64,000 nt of DNA from an uncultured Acidobacteriota bacterium. GTDB lineage: Bacteria > Acidobacteriota > Thermoanaerobaculia > Multivoradales > UBA5704. The DNA is taken from NCBI GenBank assembly GCA_963770895.1, contig CAVYRF010000002.1, forward strand, positions 4,160,001-4,224,000, given 5' to 3'. Numbering within the stretch: position 1 is the first letter of the stretch; every line of letters begins with the position of its first letter. The notes beneath the pieces were generated by a model that worked only from the letters and a program-made list of their open reading frames with translations, was not told where the DNA came from and made no database searches. This document shows positions 48,745 through 56,929 of this stretch, one piece after another. Made by a program: the position numbers and the translations under genes.

Positions 48745-49608
48745 CTAGATCCCGGCAGCGTGCAGGAAGCGCAGGTCGCGGAAGTCCTCCGCCGGGGGGA
48801 TGCTGGGCACGTAGCGCAGGTCGGCCATCAGCGTCAGGATGGCCGCCATGGCGTCGTCGTTCTGGATGGCGCGCGGGTCGGGGCGGTTGGCGGCCAGCGC
48901 CAGCTCGATGATCGCGGCGCTGACGCCGATGAACGTTTCGCCCGCCCGCGCCGCTTCGGCCGGAGCTTCGACGACGCGGCGGGCGGCCGCCACGTGGGCT
49001 GCCACCATGCGGCCGACCAGGTCGGGATCGCGCTCGATCATGGCCCGCGTCGTGGTCAGCGAGCAGCCGGGAGCGCCGGGCCAGACGTCGCGCGTGCGCA
49101 GCAGCACGCGGCCGAGGCCGCGGTGCTCCAGCATGGTGGCGTAGGGCTCTACCATCGCGGCGGCATCGGCGCCCAGACCGACGAAGCTGAGGATCGCGCC
49201 GTCGCCCGAGGGTTGGCGCACCAGGCGCACGTCGCGCAGATCCAGGCGGCGCAGCAGCGCCATCGCGGTCAGGTCCTTGATGCCGCCCTCCTGCGGCACC
49301 GCGACGCTGCGGATCGCCGCCGGGCCTGCGATCCCGGATTGCAGCACCAGCGCGGCTTCCTCGACGCCCGAGCCGGCGATCAGCACCATGCGCTGGCCGC
49401 CGGTGGCGGTGTCGGCGGCGACGCGGGTCCAGGGGATGAGGGCGAAATCGACGTCTCCCGCGCGCAGCCGGTCGGGCACCGCCCAGGCCGTGGGCGCCAC
49501 CTGGGGCTCGGCCGTGATGCCCTGGGCCGCGAACAGCCCCTGCTCGATGGCCACATAGGCTGGGAGCTGGCAGACGCCGCGCAACAGGGCAAGACGCACT
49601 CGCTTCAT
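48745..49608 (-). CDS. SsuA/THI5-like substrate-binding-fold protein lacking a signal peptide
   Basis: LPAYVAIEQGLFAAQG, LRAGDVDFA, ADAAAMVEPY. Confidence 0.8.
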   Translation of the reverse strand: MKRVRLALLRGVCQLPAYVAIEQGLFAAQGITAEPQVAPTAWAVPDRLRAGDVDFALIPWTRVAADTATGGQRMVLIAGSGVEEAALVLQSGIAGPAAIRSVAVPQEGGIKDLTAMALLRRLDLRDVRLVRQPSGDGAILSFVGLGADAAAMVEPYATMLEHRGLGRVLLRTRDVWPGAPGCSLTTTRAMIERDPDLVGRMVAAHVAAARRVVEAPAEAARAGETFIGVSAAIIELALAANRPDPRAIQNDDAMAAILTLMADLRYVPSIPPAEDFRDLRFLHAAGI

Positions 49609-49629
49609 GGTTCCCTCGTCCTTTCGGTC

Positions 49630-50958
49630 TCAACCCGCGGTCAACCGCGGGCAAAGTCCGCAGCGCAGGCCGCGCGCCGGGCAGTCGCGCAGGGTGCAGG
49701 CGACGGCCTGGCCGCGCAGCAGCGGCACCAGGCGCCCCAGCTTGCGGCTGTGCCGGCCCTTGACCAGGATCAAGGTGCGCGGCAGGAGCTCCGTTTGCAG
49801 CAGCGTCGCCGCGGCATGGACGTCGCGGCAGCGCTCGACCGGCGGCGCCGCGGCGCCCGCCCGCCGCACCTCGGCGGCGAACATCTGCACGTCGCTGCCC
49901 AGAAACAGGATCCGGTCGGCGGCGCCCGCCGCGCGGCGGGCTACGTCGCGCACCTCGGAGGCGCGCGGCTGCAGCGGCTCCTCGATATCGTCCAAGACCG
50001 CGATGCGCCGCCAGCCCCGCACCTCCGCGAGCAGGCCGAGGGCGGAACGGACGGTGGCGGCGGTCCCTTTCCAGGCGTCGTCCAGCAACCAGGCGCCGCC
50101 GGGGAGCGCGACCGGTTCCAGCCGTCCGGCCACCGGTGCCAGAGTGCCGAGGCGAGCGCCGATCATAGCGTGGTCGACCCCTGCCGCCACGCCCACGGCG
50201 GCGGCCAGGGCGGCGCAGCGGGCAAGGTCGCGGCCGAGCCAACGCAGGTCGGCGGTGATGCCGCCGCCCGCGGCCGGTCCGTCCAGGCGCAGTCGGGTGC
50301 CCGCCGGCCAGTCCAGGCGCGCTTCGGCGATGCGGCAGTCGCAATCCGCCGCGAAGCCCGCGCGCACGACGCGCACCGGCCGCTCCGGCCGGCGACGCGT
50401 ACCGCCGCTTGCCGGCGCGCCGGAGGCAACGCCGGCGGCGATCTCCAGGCAGCGCGGGTCGTCGCCGTTGACGACCAGCAGGCCGCCGGGCCGCACGGCG
50501 GCGGCGAGGATCGCCTTTTCGGCGGCGATGGCGGCGACGGAACCGAAGCTGCCGTGGTGGTCGGCGCCGATGGCGGTGAGCACCACCACGTCAGGCCGCA
50601 GCAGCCGCGCATACCCGCGCATCTGGCCCGGCCGCGAGATGCCGACCTCGCAGACCAGCGAGCGCCGGCGCGGTCGGTGGCGCAGCAGCGCCGCGGCCAG
50701 GAAGCTGCCGTAGTTGGGGGTGTCGGCGTCGAAGCGCGCGGCGACCACCGCCGCCACCGCCGTGGTGGTGCTGGTCTTGCCGAACGAGCCGGTCACCGCG
50801 ATGACCGGCGTGCCGCGCAGCCACAGCCGCCGCCACAGCCAGGCGGCGGGAACCAGCAGTGGCCAGGTGAGCCGCGAGCGGATGGCGGCGCGGCGGAACC
50901 GGGCGAGCCGCCACAGGCGCCGCGCCAGGTGCGCCAGACCTCGGTCCGCGGGTTTCAT
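49630..50958 (-). CDS. MurF-like Mur ligase lacking the N-terminal domain, with a Cys-rich C-terminus
   Basis: IAVTGSFGKTST, CEVGISRPGQM, DH..SFGS..IAAEK, VNGDD, GRLE, ILVKG; ends CTLRDC...CGLC. Confidence 0.8.
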   Translation of the reverse strand: MKPADRGLAHLARRLWRLARFRRAAIRSRLTWPLLVPAAWLWRRLWLRGTPVIAVTGSFGKTSTTTAVAAVVAARFDADTPNYGSFLAAALLRHRPRRRSLVCEVGISRPGQMRGYARLLRPDVVVLTAIGADHHGSFGSVAAIAAEKAILAAAVRPGGLLVVNGDDPRCLEIAAGVASGAPASGGTRRRPERPVRVVRAGFAADCDCRIAEARLDWPAGTRLRLDGPAAGGGITADLRWLGRDLARCAALAAAVGVAAGVDHAMIGARLGTLAPVAGRLEPVALPGGAWLLDDAWKGTAATVRSALGLLAEVRGWRRIAVLDDIEEPLQPRASEVRDVARRAAGAADRILFLGSDVQMFAAEVRRAGAAAPPVERCRDVHAAATLLQTELLPRTLILVKGRHSRKLGRLVPLLRGQAVACTLRDCPARGLRCGLCPRLTAG

Positions 50959-52805
50959 CGGCGGGCCGTCCCGGCTGCGACCGCGGCCTTGTAGTCCGCT
51001 CCGTGCGGCGCCCCCGGCAGCGGCGGCGCCAGGCGCGGCGGATCGATGAAGACGCGCTGCCAGACTTCGATCAGCATCAGCAGGTTGAGGCGGTTGCGAT
51101 CGAACGGCAGGCCGCGGCCGCGGCGCAGCCGGGCCAGCAGGTGGGCGACGTAGCGCGGCTGAAAGAGGCCGCGGGCACGCAGCACCGGCGGCGCCAGCAG
51201 CTCCGCCGCCAGGTCGAGCAGACCCGCGGCCTGCCACAGGCGCAGCGGGTTGGCCTGCCCCTGCTTGCGGCGCCGCCAGATCTCGGCCGGCAGCAGATCG
51301 CGGCTGGCCGCGCGCACCAGCATCTTTTCGCTGCGCCAGCTCACCTGCAGGCGCGCCGGCACCTGGCCGGCCAGCTCGACGACGCCGGGATCCAGGAACG
51401 GCAGGCGGGCTTCCAGGGCGTGTGCCATCGACAGCAGGTCGACGCGCGGCAGGTGGGCGTTGGGCAGCTGCACGTCGCGCTCGTAGGCGAGCAGCGCCGC
51501 CAGCCGGCGCGACCCGCGCAGGGCGAGCGCCGGCCCCAGGTGGGTCGCCAGCGGGTCTTCCTGCGCGCGCGCCGCGAGCAGCCGCTCGCCGTACAGCCGC
51601 GCCGCCGCGGCGCCGATCTTGCGCGTGCCGTAGAGCGCCGCCGCCCAGCGCGGCGGCAGCCAGCCGAGCGGCGGCAGCGCCGTCTTGAAGCGCAGGTAGC
51701 CGCCGAACAGCTCGTCCGACCCTTCCCCGATCAGCAGCACGCCGACGTCGCGCGCGGCGCGTGCGAACAGCAGGTCGTTGAGCACCAGCGGGGCGTTGCG
51801 CGGTTCCTCGACGCGCCAGACGGCGAGCGGCAGCCCGGCCAGCAGATCGTCCGGGGTGGCCGTGATCTCGTGGTGATCGGTGCGGAAACGGTCGGCGACG
51901 CGGCGGGCAAAGGGGCGCTCGTCCTGGTCGCCGGGGCTGCCGATGGTGTAGGTCTTCACTCCCGGCCCCAGCCGCTCGGCCATCAGGCCGACCAGGAAGC
52001 TGGAGTCGAGGCCTCCCGACAGCGACGCCCCGACCGGCACCTCGGCGTCGAGGTGGCTTTCGACCGCCGCCGCCAGCCGCCGCCGCAGCTCGCCCGCCAG
52101 GGCTGCCGGGGTGCGCGAGGCCGGGGGCCAGGGGAACGTCGAAGGCGCGGGCAGCGGTGCGATGCGCGGCCCGCTGCCGGCGGCGGCGTCCAGGGCCAGG
52201 CAGTGGCCGGCCGGCAGGCGCTCGATGCCGGCAAAGAGCGTGCGGGCGCCGGGCACAAAGCCAAGCCGCAGCAGGCCGTCGAGCGCCCGCAGGTCCGGCC
52301 GTCGCGGCAGGTCGGTGGCGAGCAGCAGCGCCTTGGCCTCGGAGGCAAACCACAGGCGCCCCTGCCGAAGGGTGTAGAACAGCGGCTTCATGCCGGCCGG
52401 GTCGCGCGCCAGCAGCAGGCGGCGGCGGCCCTCATCCCACAGCGCCAGGCCGTACATGCCGTGCAGGCGGGCGAGGAACGCATCCCCCTGGTCCTCGAAG
52501 CCGTGCAGCACGACCTCGGCGTCCGAGCCGGTGGCGAAGCGATGGCCGCGCGCCGCAAGCTCCCGGCGCAGGGCGCGGAAGTTGTAGATCTCGCCGTTGC
52601 ACACCAGGTGCAGGCGCCCGTCCTCGCTCGCCAGCGGCTGGGCGCCGTCGGCGCGGCCGACGATCGCCAGCCGGTCGCAGCCGAGCGACACGTCGTCGCT
52701 CACCCAGGTCCCCGTTCCATCCGGCCCGCGGTGGAGCAGGGCGCCGGCCAGCAGGCCCAGCCGCTCGGCGTCGGGGGCGCCGGTGAAGCCAAAGATGCCG
52801 CACAC
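50955..52805 (-). CDS. asnB: Asparagine synthase (glutamine-hydrolysing) family amidotransferase
   Basis: N-terminal CGIFG, HRGPD, NGEIYN, SDAEV, LSGGLDSS, GEGSDELFGGY, EARLPFLD. Confidence 0.93.
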   Translation of the reverse strand: MCGIFGFTGAPDAERLGLLAGALLHRGPDGTGTWVSDDVSLGCDRLAIVGRADGAQPLASEDGRLHLVCNGEIYNFRALRRELAARGHRFATGSDAEVVLHGFEDQGDAFLARLHGMYGLALWDEGRRRLLLARDPAGMKPLFYTLRQGRLWFASEAKALLLATDLPRRPDLRALDGLLRLGFVPGARTLFAGIERLPAGHCLALDAAAGSGPRIAPLPAPSTFPWPPASRTPAALAGELRRRLAAAVESHLDAEVPVGASLSGGLDSSFLVGLMAERLGPGVKTYTIGSPGDQDERPFARRVADRFRTDHHEITATPDDLLAGLPLAVWRVEEPRNAPLVLNDLLFARAARDVGVLLIGEGSDELFGGYLRFKTALPPLGWLPPRWAAALYGTRKIGAAAARLYGERLLAARAQEDPLATHLGPALALRGSRRLAALLAYERDVQLPNAHLPRVDLLSMAHALEARLPFLDPGVVELAGQVPARLQVSWRSEKMLVRAASRDLLPAEIWRRRKQGQANPLRLWQAAGLLDLAAELLAPPVLRARGLFQPRYVAHLLARLRRGRGLPFDRNRLNLLMLIEVWQRVFIDPPRLAPPLPGAPHGADYKAAVAAGTARR

Positions 52806-52808
52806 GCC

Positions 52809-54740
52809 TCAGGCCCCTCCACCCGGCGGGCCGCCGGCGCAAACGCCGGCAGGCGTGAGCGCCAGCAGGTCGGCCTCGGTGTCGCGGTAGGCAAGGTGAA
52901 AGCAGGCGCCGGCGAGACTGAAGAGCGGTGCCGCCCGCGGCGCCTGGCCGGGCGCCCGCCGCACCACCAGCACGTGCGAGATCCCCAGCTGCCGCAGGCG
53001 CGCGTGCAGCCGCGCCGGCCGCGCGCCCAGCGCCAACACTTCGGAAAACGGCAGGGTGCCATACCAGTCGCCGGCAAAGCCGCCGGCGGCGTAGTACCGC
53101 AGGTTCTCGCCCCACAGCGCGTACACCGCGCATCCCGCGCCACAGCGGGCGTTCAGCCAGGCCAGCGCGCCGTAGCCGGGCACCTCGTGCCGCAGATACG
53201 CCGTCCTGGCCGGCTCGTCCGCCGGGAGCGGGCCGCGGCGGTGGATCAGGTGTCCGGCGTAGAGCCACATCGGCAGCATGGCGACCAGTGCCAGGGCCGC
53301 GACTGCCCGCGCCGCCGGAGGTTGGGCCAGCGCCGCCGCCGTGCCGGCGACCGCCACGGCAAAGAGCGGCGCCGCGACGGACACGGTGCGCGCGTCGGGG
53401 GCCGCTGCCGCCAGGACCAGGCCCATGGCCAAAGCGCTGATGGTGATCGGGCGCAGCGCCGGGAAGCGCCGCCAGGCGAAAAGCGGCAGCGGCCACAGGA
53501 GCAGCAGCAGGGGAGATCCCGGCGGGTAGAAGGGGCGCGCCGCCTGCCGGCCGGCGGTCAGGCTCCAAGGCAGGCTGGCGACGGCTTGCAAACGTGCGGC
53601 GAGGGCCGGCGTTGGACCTGTCCCGGCGTGGCGCGCGATCGACAGCAAGGGATATAGCGGGTCGCCGGTAGTGTGCGCGATCCACAGATACCAGGGCAGG
53701 GCGACCGCCATGGCCGCCGACAGCGCCAGGGCCGTTGCACGCAGGCGCCTGCCGCGCGGCGCGCGCAGCAGGCACCACGCCGCCACCAGCACGACCACCG
53801 GCAGGCCGAGATACTTGGTGGAGGCGGCACAACCCGCCAGCCCGCCGGCCAGGAGCAGGCGCCGCGATTGCAGGCCGCGCGTTGCCGTCGCCGCCGGCGC
53901 CACGCCGTCGGGATCGAGCACCGCGGCTGCCGCGCCGGCGCCGTCGTGGGTCGCGTCCAGCACGATCACCGCCGCCAGTGTGAACATGGCGATCAGCGGC
54001 TCCACGTAGAGCGATGCGGCAAGCCACGCCGCCAGCGGGCTGCCCAGCCAGAGCGCGGCGGCCAGCGCCCCGGCGCCGGGACCGTAGCGCCGGCGGCCCC
54101 ATTCCCAGAGCGTCGCGCCGGTGCCGGCCCAGGCCGCCACCTGGAGCAGTTGGGCGGCGATGTCGTCCTGCAACAGCAGCGCCGCGGTAGCCAGAATCTC
54201 GTTGAGCCAGGGGAAGACCGTGAAGCGCAGCCCGGCCACCGGATGCAGGCCGCCCGACAGGGCAAACGCCCGCGCCGCGGGCAGGTGGTACAGCAGCGCG
54301 TCAAACCCGGTCGGCGGATAGAGCGCCAGCAGCGCGCCGGGCAGCACCGTGGCCGCGGTCAAAACCGCCAAAGCGCGGTACGGCGCGCGGATGAGCGAGC
54401 GCAGTCCGGCGGCGAGCGCTGGCCATGCCGGTCCGGCGGCCATCGCGGCCGCAATGAGCAGCAGCCCCACCGTAAAGGCAGTCAGGTGCCCCACGGCCGC
54501 AAGCAGCGAAGCGGCACAGCCTGAGACCCCAAGCCCGATCGCAAGACAAAGCCCCCAGCCTCCCGCCGCGGCGTCAGGCTGAGCTTCAGCCGGCGCGGGA
54601 AGAGCGCGCGTCACCGCGGCGGATGGGGCGAGCGGACCCAAAGCGGCAAGGGCTGCGAGGCGGGCGCCCAGGGTGGCGGCCACGGCTGTGAAGGCTGCGG
54701 CGAAGGCGCAGTGCGCCAGGACGAAGCTGGCAACAGGCAC
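52809..54740 (-). CDS. Polytopic membrane protein, GT-C glycosyltransferase-like
   Basis: Many TM helices; FDALLYHL, ASTKY, PWY...TGDPLYP. Confidence 0.7.
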   Translation of the reverse strand: MPVASFVLAHCAFAAAFTAVAATLGARLAALAALGPLAPSAAVTRALPAPAEAQPDAAAGGWGLCLAIGLGVSGCAASLLAAVGHLTAFTVGLLLIAAAMAAGPAWPALAAGLRSLIRAPYRALAVLTAATVLPGALLALYPPTGFDALLYHLPAARAFALSGGLHPVAGLRFTVFPWLNEILATAALLLQDDIAAQLLQVAAWAGTGATLWEWGRRRYGPGAGALAAALWLGSPLAAWLAASLYVEPLIAMFTLAAVIVLDATHDGAGAAAAVLDPDGVAPAATATRGLQSRRLLLAGGLAGCAASTKYLGLPVVVLVAAWCLLRAPRGRRLRATALALSAAMAVALPWYLWIAHTTGDPLYPLLSIARHAGTGPTPALAARLQAVASLPWSLTAGRQAARPFYPPGSPLLLLLWPLPLFAWRRFPALRPITISALAMGLVLAAAAPDARTVSVAAPLFAVAVAGTAAALAQPPAARAVAALALVAMLPMWLYAGHLIHRRGPLPADEPARTAYLRHEVPGYGALAWLNARCGAGCAVYALWGENLRYYAAGGFAGDWYGTLPFSEVLALGARPARLHARLRQLGISHVLVVRRAPGQAPRAAPLFSLAGACFHLAYRDTEADLLALTPAGVCAGGPPGGGA

Positions 54741-55111
54741 CGCTTCACGTTCCGATGCGGGCCGGCGCCTGCGCCGCCCGGCGTTGGCCTGTCACGGCCA
54801 GCGGCGTCAGGAAACGGAGCGGGGTCGGCTCAGCGATGGGCCTGACGGTGTCCATGGTGCAAGCGAAGTAGAAACGTTGGGTCGGCCCGCCGCGGAGGTG
54901 CGCTGTCCGCCCCGCGGATGGTGCCGCTACATGCTGCGGTGTTGTTCACGGAAATGCTTGCTGGACAGGAGTTTGACTGAAAGATGTCGCTGACTATGGC
55001 ACGCGTGGCAGAGAGGGTCAACCGCGACGAGGGGATAGGATTGCATCCTGATTGCAACTTAGAGATGCTGTAGACGTACAAGAGGCGACGACGCGCACAA
55101 ACGAGCAGACC

Positions 55112-55351
55112 ATGAAAACAGCGATCTCGATCCCCGATCTTCTGTTCCGGCGGGCGGACAGGGCGGCAAGGCGCCTCGGCATGTCGCGCAGCCAGCTGTA
55201 CGCAGTCGCCATCGAAGCGTTTCTTGCCGACCAGGAGCAGGCGGACGTGACCGCCGCGCTGGACAGGATCTACGGCCGGGAGCCTTCGGCGCTGGAGTCC
55301 GCGGCGGTGCGGATGCAGGCGGCGGCGTATCCGGCCAGAGACAGCTGGTGA
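55112..55351 (+). CDS. mazE: RHH antitoxin (MazE type)
   Basis: MKTAISIPDLLF...LGMSRSQLY; stop overlaps the toxin start. Confidence 0.85.
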   Translation: MKTAISIPDLLFRRADRAARRLGMSRSQLYAVAIEAFLADQEQADVTAALDRIYGREPSALESAAVRMQAAAYPARDSW

Positions 55352-55689
55352 TGGAACGCGGCGAGGTCTGGCTGGTCTCGCTGCCCGATCCGAACGCAGC
55401 GGCAAACGGCTGGCGCCAGCCCGTGGTGGTGGTGCAGGCCGACACCTTCAACCGCAGCCAGATCCAAACTCTGTTGGCGGTGGTGGTCACCTCCAATCTT
55501 CGCCTGGCTAACGCTCCGGGCAATGTCCGCCTGTCGCGGCGCGACAGCGGCCTGGCCAAGGAATCCGTCGCCAACGTGGCACAGGTGGTGACGCTGGACA
55601 AGACGGCGCTTCTGGAACGCACCGGCGTCCTGCCGGCGCCGCTGGTCGGCCAGATCGAAGCGGGGCTGCGCTTGGTGTTGGGTCTTTGA
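55351..55689 (+). CDS. mazF: PemK/MazF endoribonuclease toxin
   Basis: RGEVW, PVVVVQ, VTSN, GLAKESVANVAQVVTLDK. Confidence 0.9.
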   Translation: MERGEVWLVSLPDPNAAANGWRQPVVVVQADTFNRSQIQTLLAVVVTSNLRLANAPGNVRLSRRDSGLAKESVANVAQVVTLDKTALLERTGVLPAPLVGQIEAGLRLVLGL

Positions 55690-55710
55690 CGGCCGGCCTT
55701 GACGCCCGAA

Positions 55711-56826
55711 TCAGTCGAACAGGTGGAGCTGGCCGGTCGTCGGGGCGGGGCGGGCAGGGCGCCGGAACGCGGCCGCGGACAGGGCGGGACGCGGCTGGTC
55801 CAACCCGAGGCGCCGGCGGGAGGACACAAAGAGGCCGTGGATCTGCTCGGCGAAGATGCCTTCGCCGCGCATGCGGCTGCCGAAGCGCGGGTCGTTGAGG
55901 CGGCCGCCGCGCAGGTCGCGGATGCGGTTGAGCACCTTGTCGCGGCGGTCGGGGTAGTGGCGTTCCAGCCAGGCCGTGAAGAGCCCGGTGACGGCGCCCG
56001 GCAGGCGCACGATCGTGTAGCCGGCACCGGTGGCGCCGGCGGCGGCGGCGGCTTCCAGGATGCTCGGGATCTCGTGATCGGTGAGGCCGGGCACGATGGG
56101 CGCCACCATCACTCCGACCGGGATGCCGGCGGCGGCCAGCTGTGCCACGGCCTTCAGGCGGTCGCGCGGATGGGAAGCGCGCGGCTCCATGCGGCGCGCC
56201 AGGTCGGCGTCCAGTGAGGTGATCGAAAGCACGACCCCTGCCGCCTGGTGGCGCGCCAGCTCGCCCAACAGATCGATGTCGCGGGTGACGAGCTCGTTCT
56301 TGGTGATCACGCCCACCGGCTGGCGGGCCTCGGCCAGCACTTCCAGGCAGCCGCGGGTGATCCGCAGGCGGCGCTCGACCGGCTGGTAGGGGTCGGTGAC
56401 GCCGCTCATCGCCAGCGTCTGCGGCTGCCAGCCGGGGGCGGCCAGCTCTTCACGCAGCAGGCGCGGGGCGTCCTCCTTGACCATGATGCGGGTTTCGAAG
56501 TCGAGGCCGGCGGAAAAGCCCAGGTATTCGTGGGTGGGGCGCGCGTAGCAGTAGACGCAGCCGTGCTCGCAGCCGCGGTAGGGGTTGAGCGACGCCGAGA
56601 ACGGTACGTCGGGGCTGTCGTTGCGGGTGATCAGGGAGCGCGACGTATCGCGCAGCAACTCGGTCGCCAGCCGCGGCTCCAGGTCGTCGGGGCCGCCCTC
56701 CCACGCTTCGGCAGGCGCGGGTGGGCCGACTTCGGGGTCCACCTCGACATGGATGCGCTCGAAGCGGTTGGCCGGGTTTTCGGCCGTGCCGCGCCCCTTG
56801 ATTCCGCTGGTGCCGCCACCCCTCAT
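55711..56826 (-). CDS. PA0069-family radical SAM protein (SplB-like)
   Basis: SLNPYRGCEHGCVYCYAR, TDPYQP, ITKN, ME(P)RA. Confidence 0.9.
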   Translation of the reverse strand: MRGGGTSGIKGRGTAENPANRFERIHVEVDPEVGPPAPAEAWEGGPDDLEPRLATELLRDTSRSLITRNDSPDVPFSASLNPYRGCEHGCVYCYARPTHEYLGFSAGLDFETRIMVKEDAPRLLREELAAPGWQPQTLAMSGVTDPYQPVERRLRITRGCLEVLAEARQPVGVITKNELVTRDIDLLGELARHQAAGVVLSITSLDADLARRMEPRASHPRDRLKAVAQLAAAGIPVGVMVAPIVPGLTDHEIPSILEAAAAAGATGAGYTIVRLPGAVTGLFTAWLERHYPDRRDKVLNRIRDLRGGRLNDPRFGSRMRGEGIFAEQIHGLFVSSRRRLGLDQPRPALSAAAFRRPARPAPTTGQLHLFD

Positions 56827-56929
56827 GCAGCTACTTTACAGCGCCCGTCAAGCGATCCCTCCCTTCCGCGCCTGGCGGGAAGGGGGCTGCTGCAGCTGAT
56901 TCATCGGGCGGACGTGCCGCGGCGGCAGG

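Noticed and set aside
50955-52805. Lasso peptide cyclase cluster
   Set aside because: AsnB retains a full glutaminase domain (CGI start); no B protein, RRE or precursor peptide nearby
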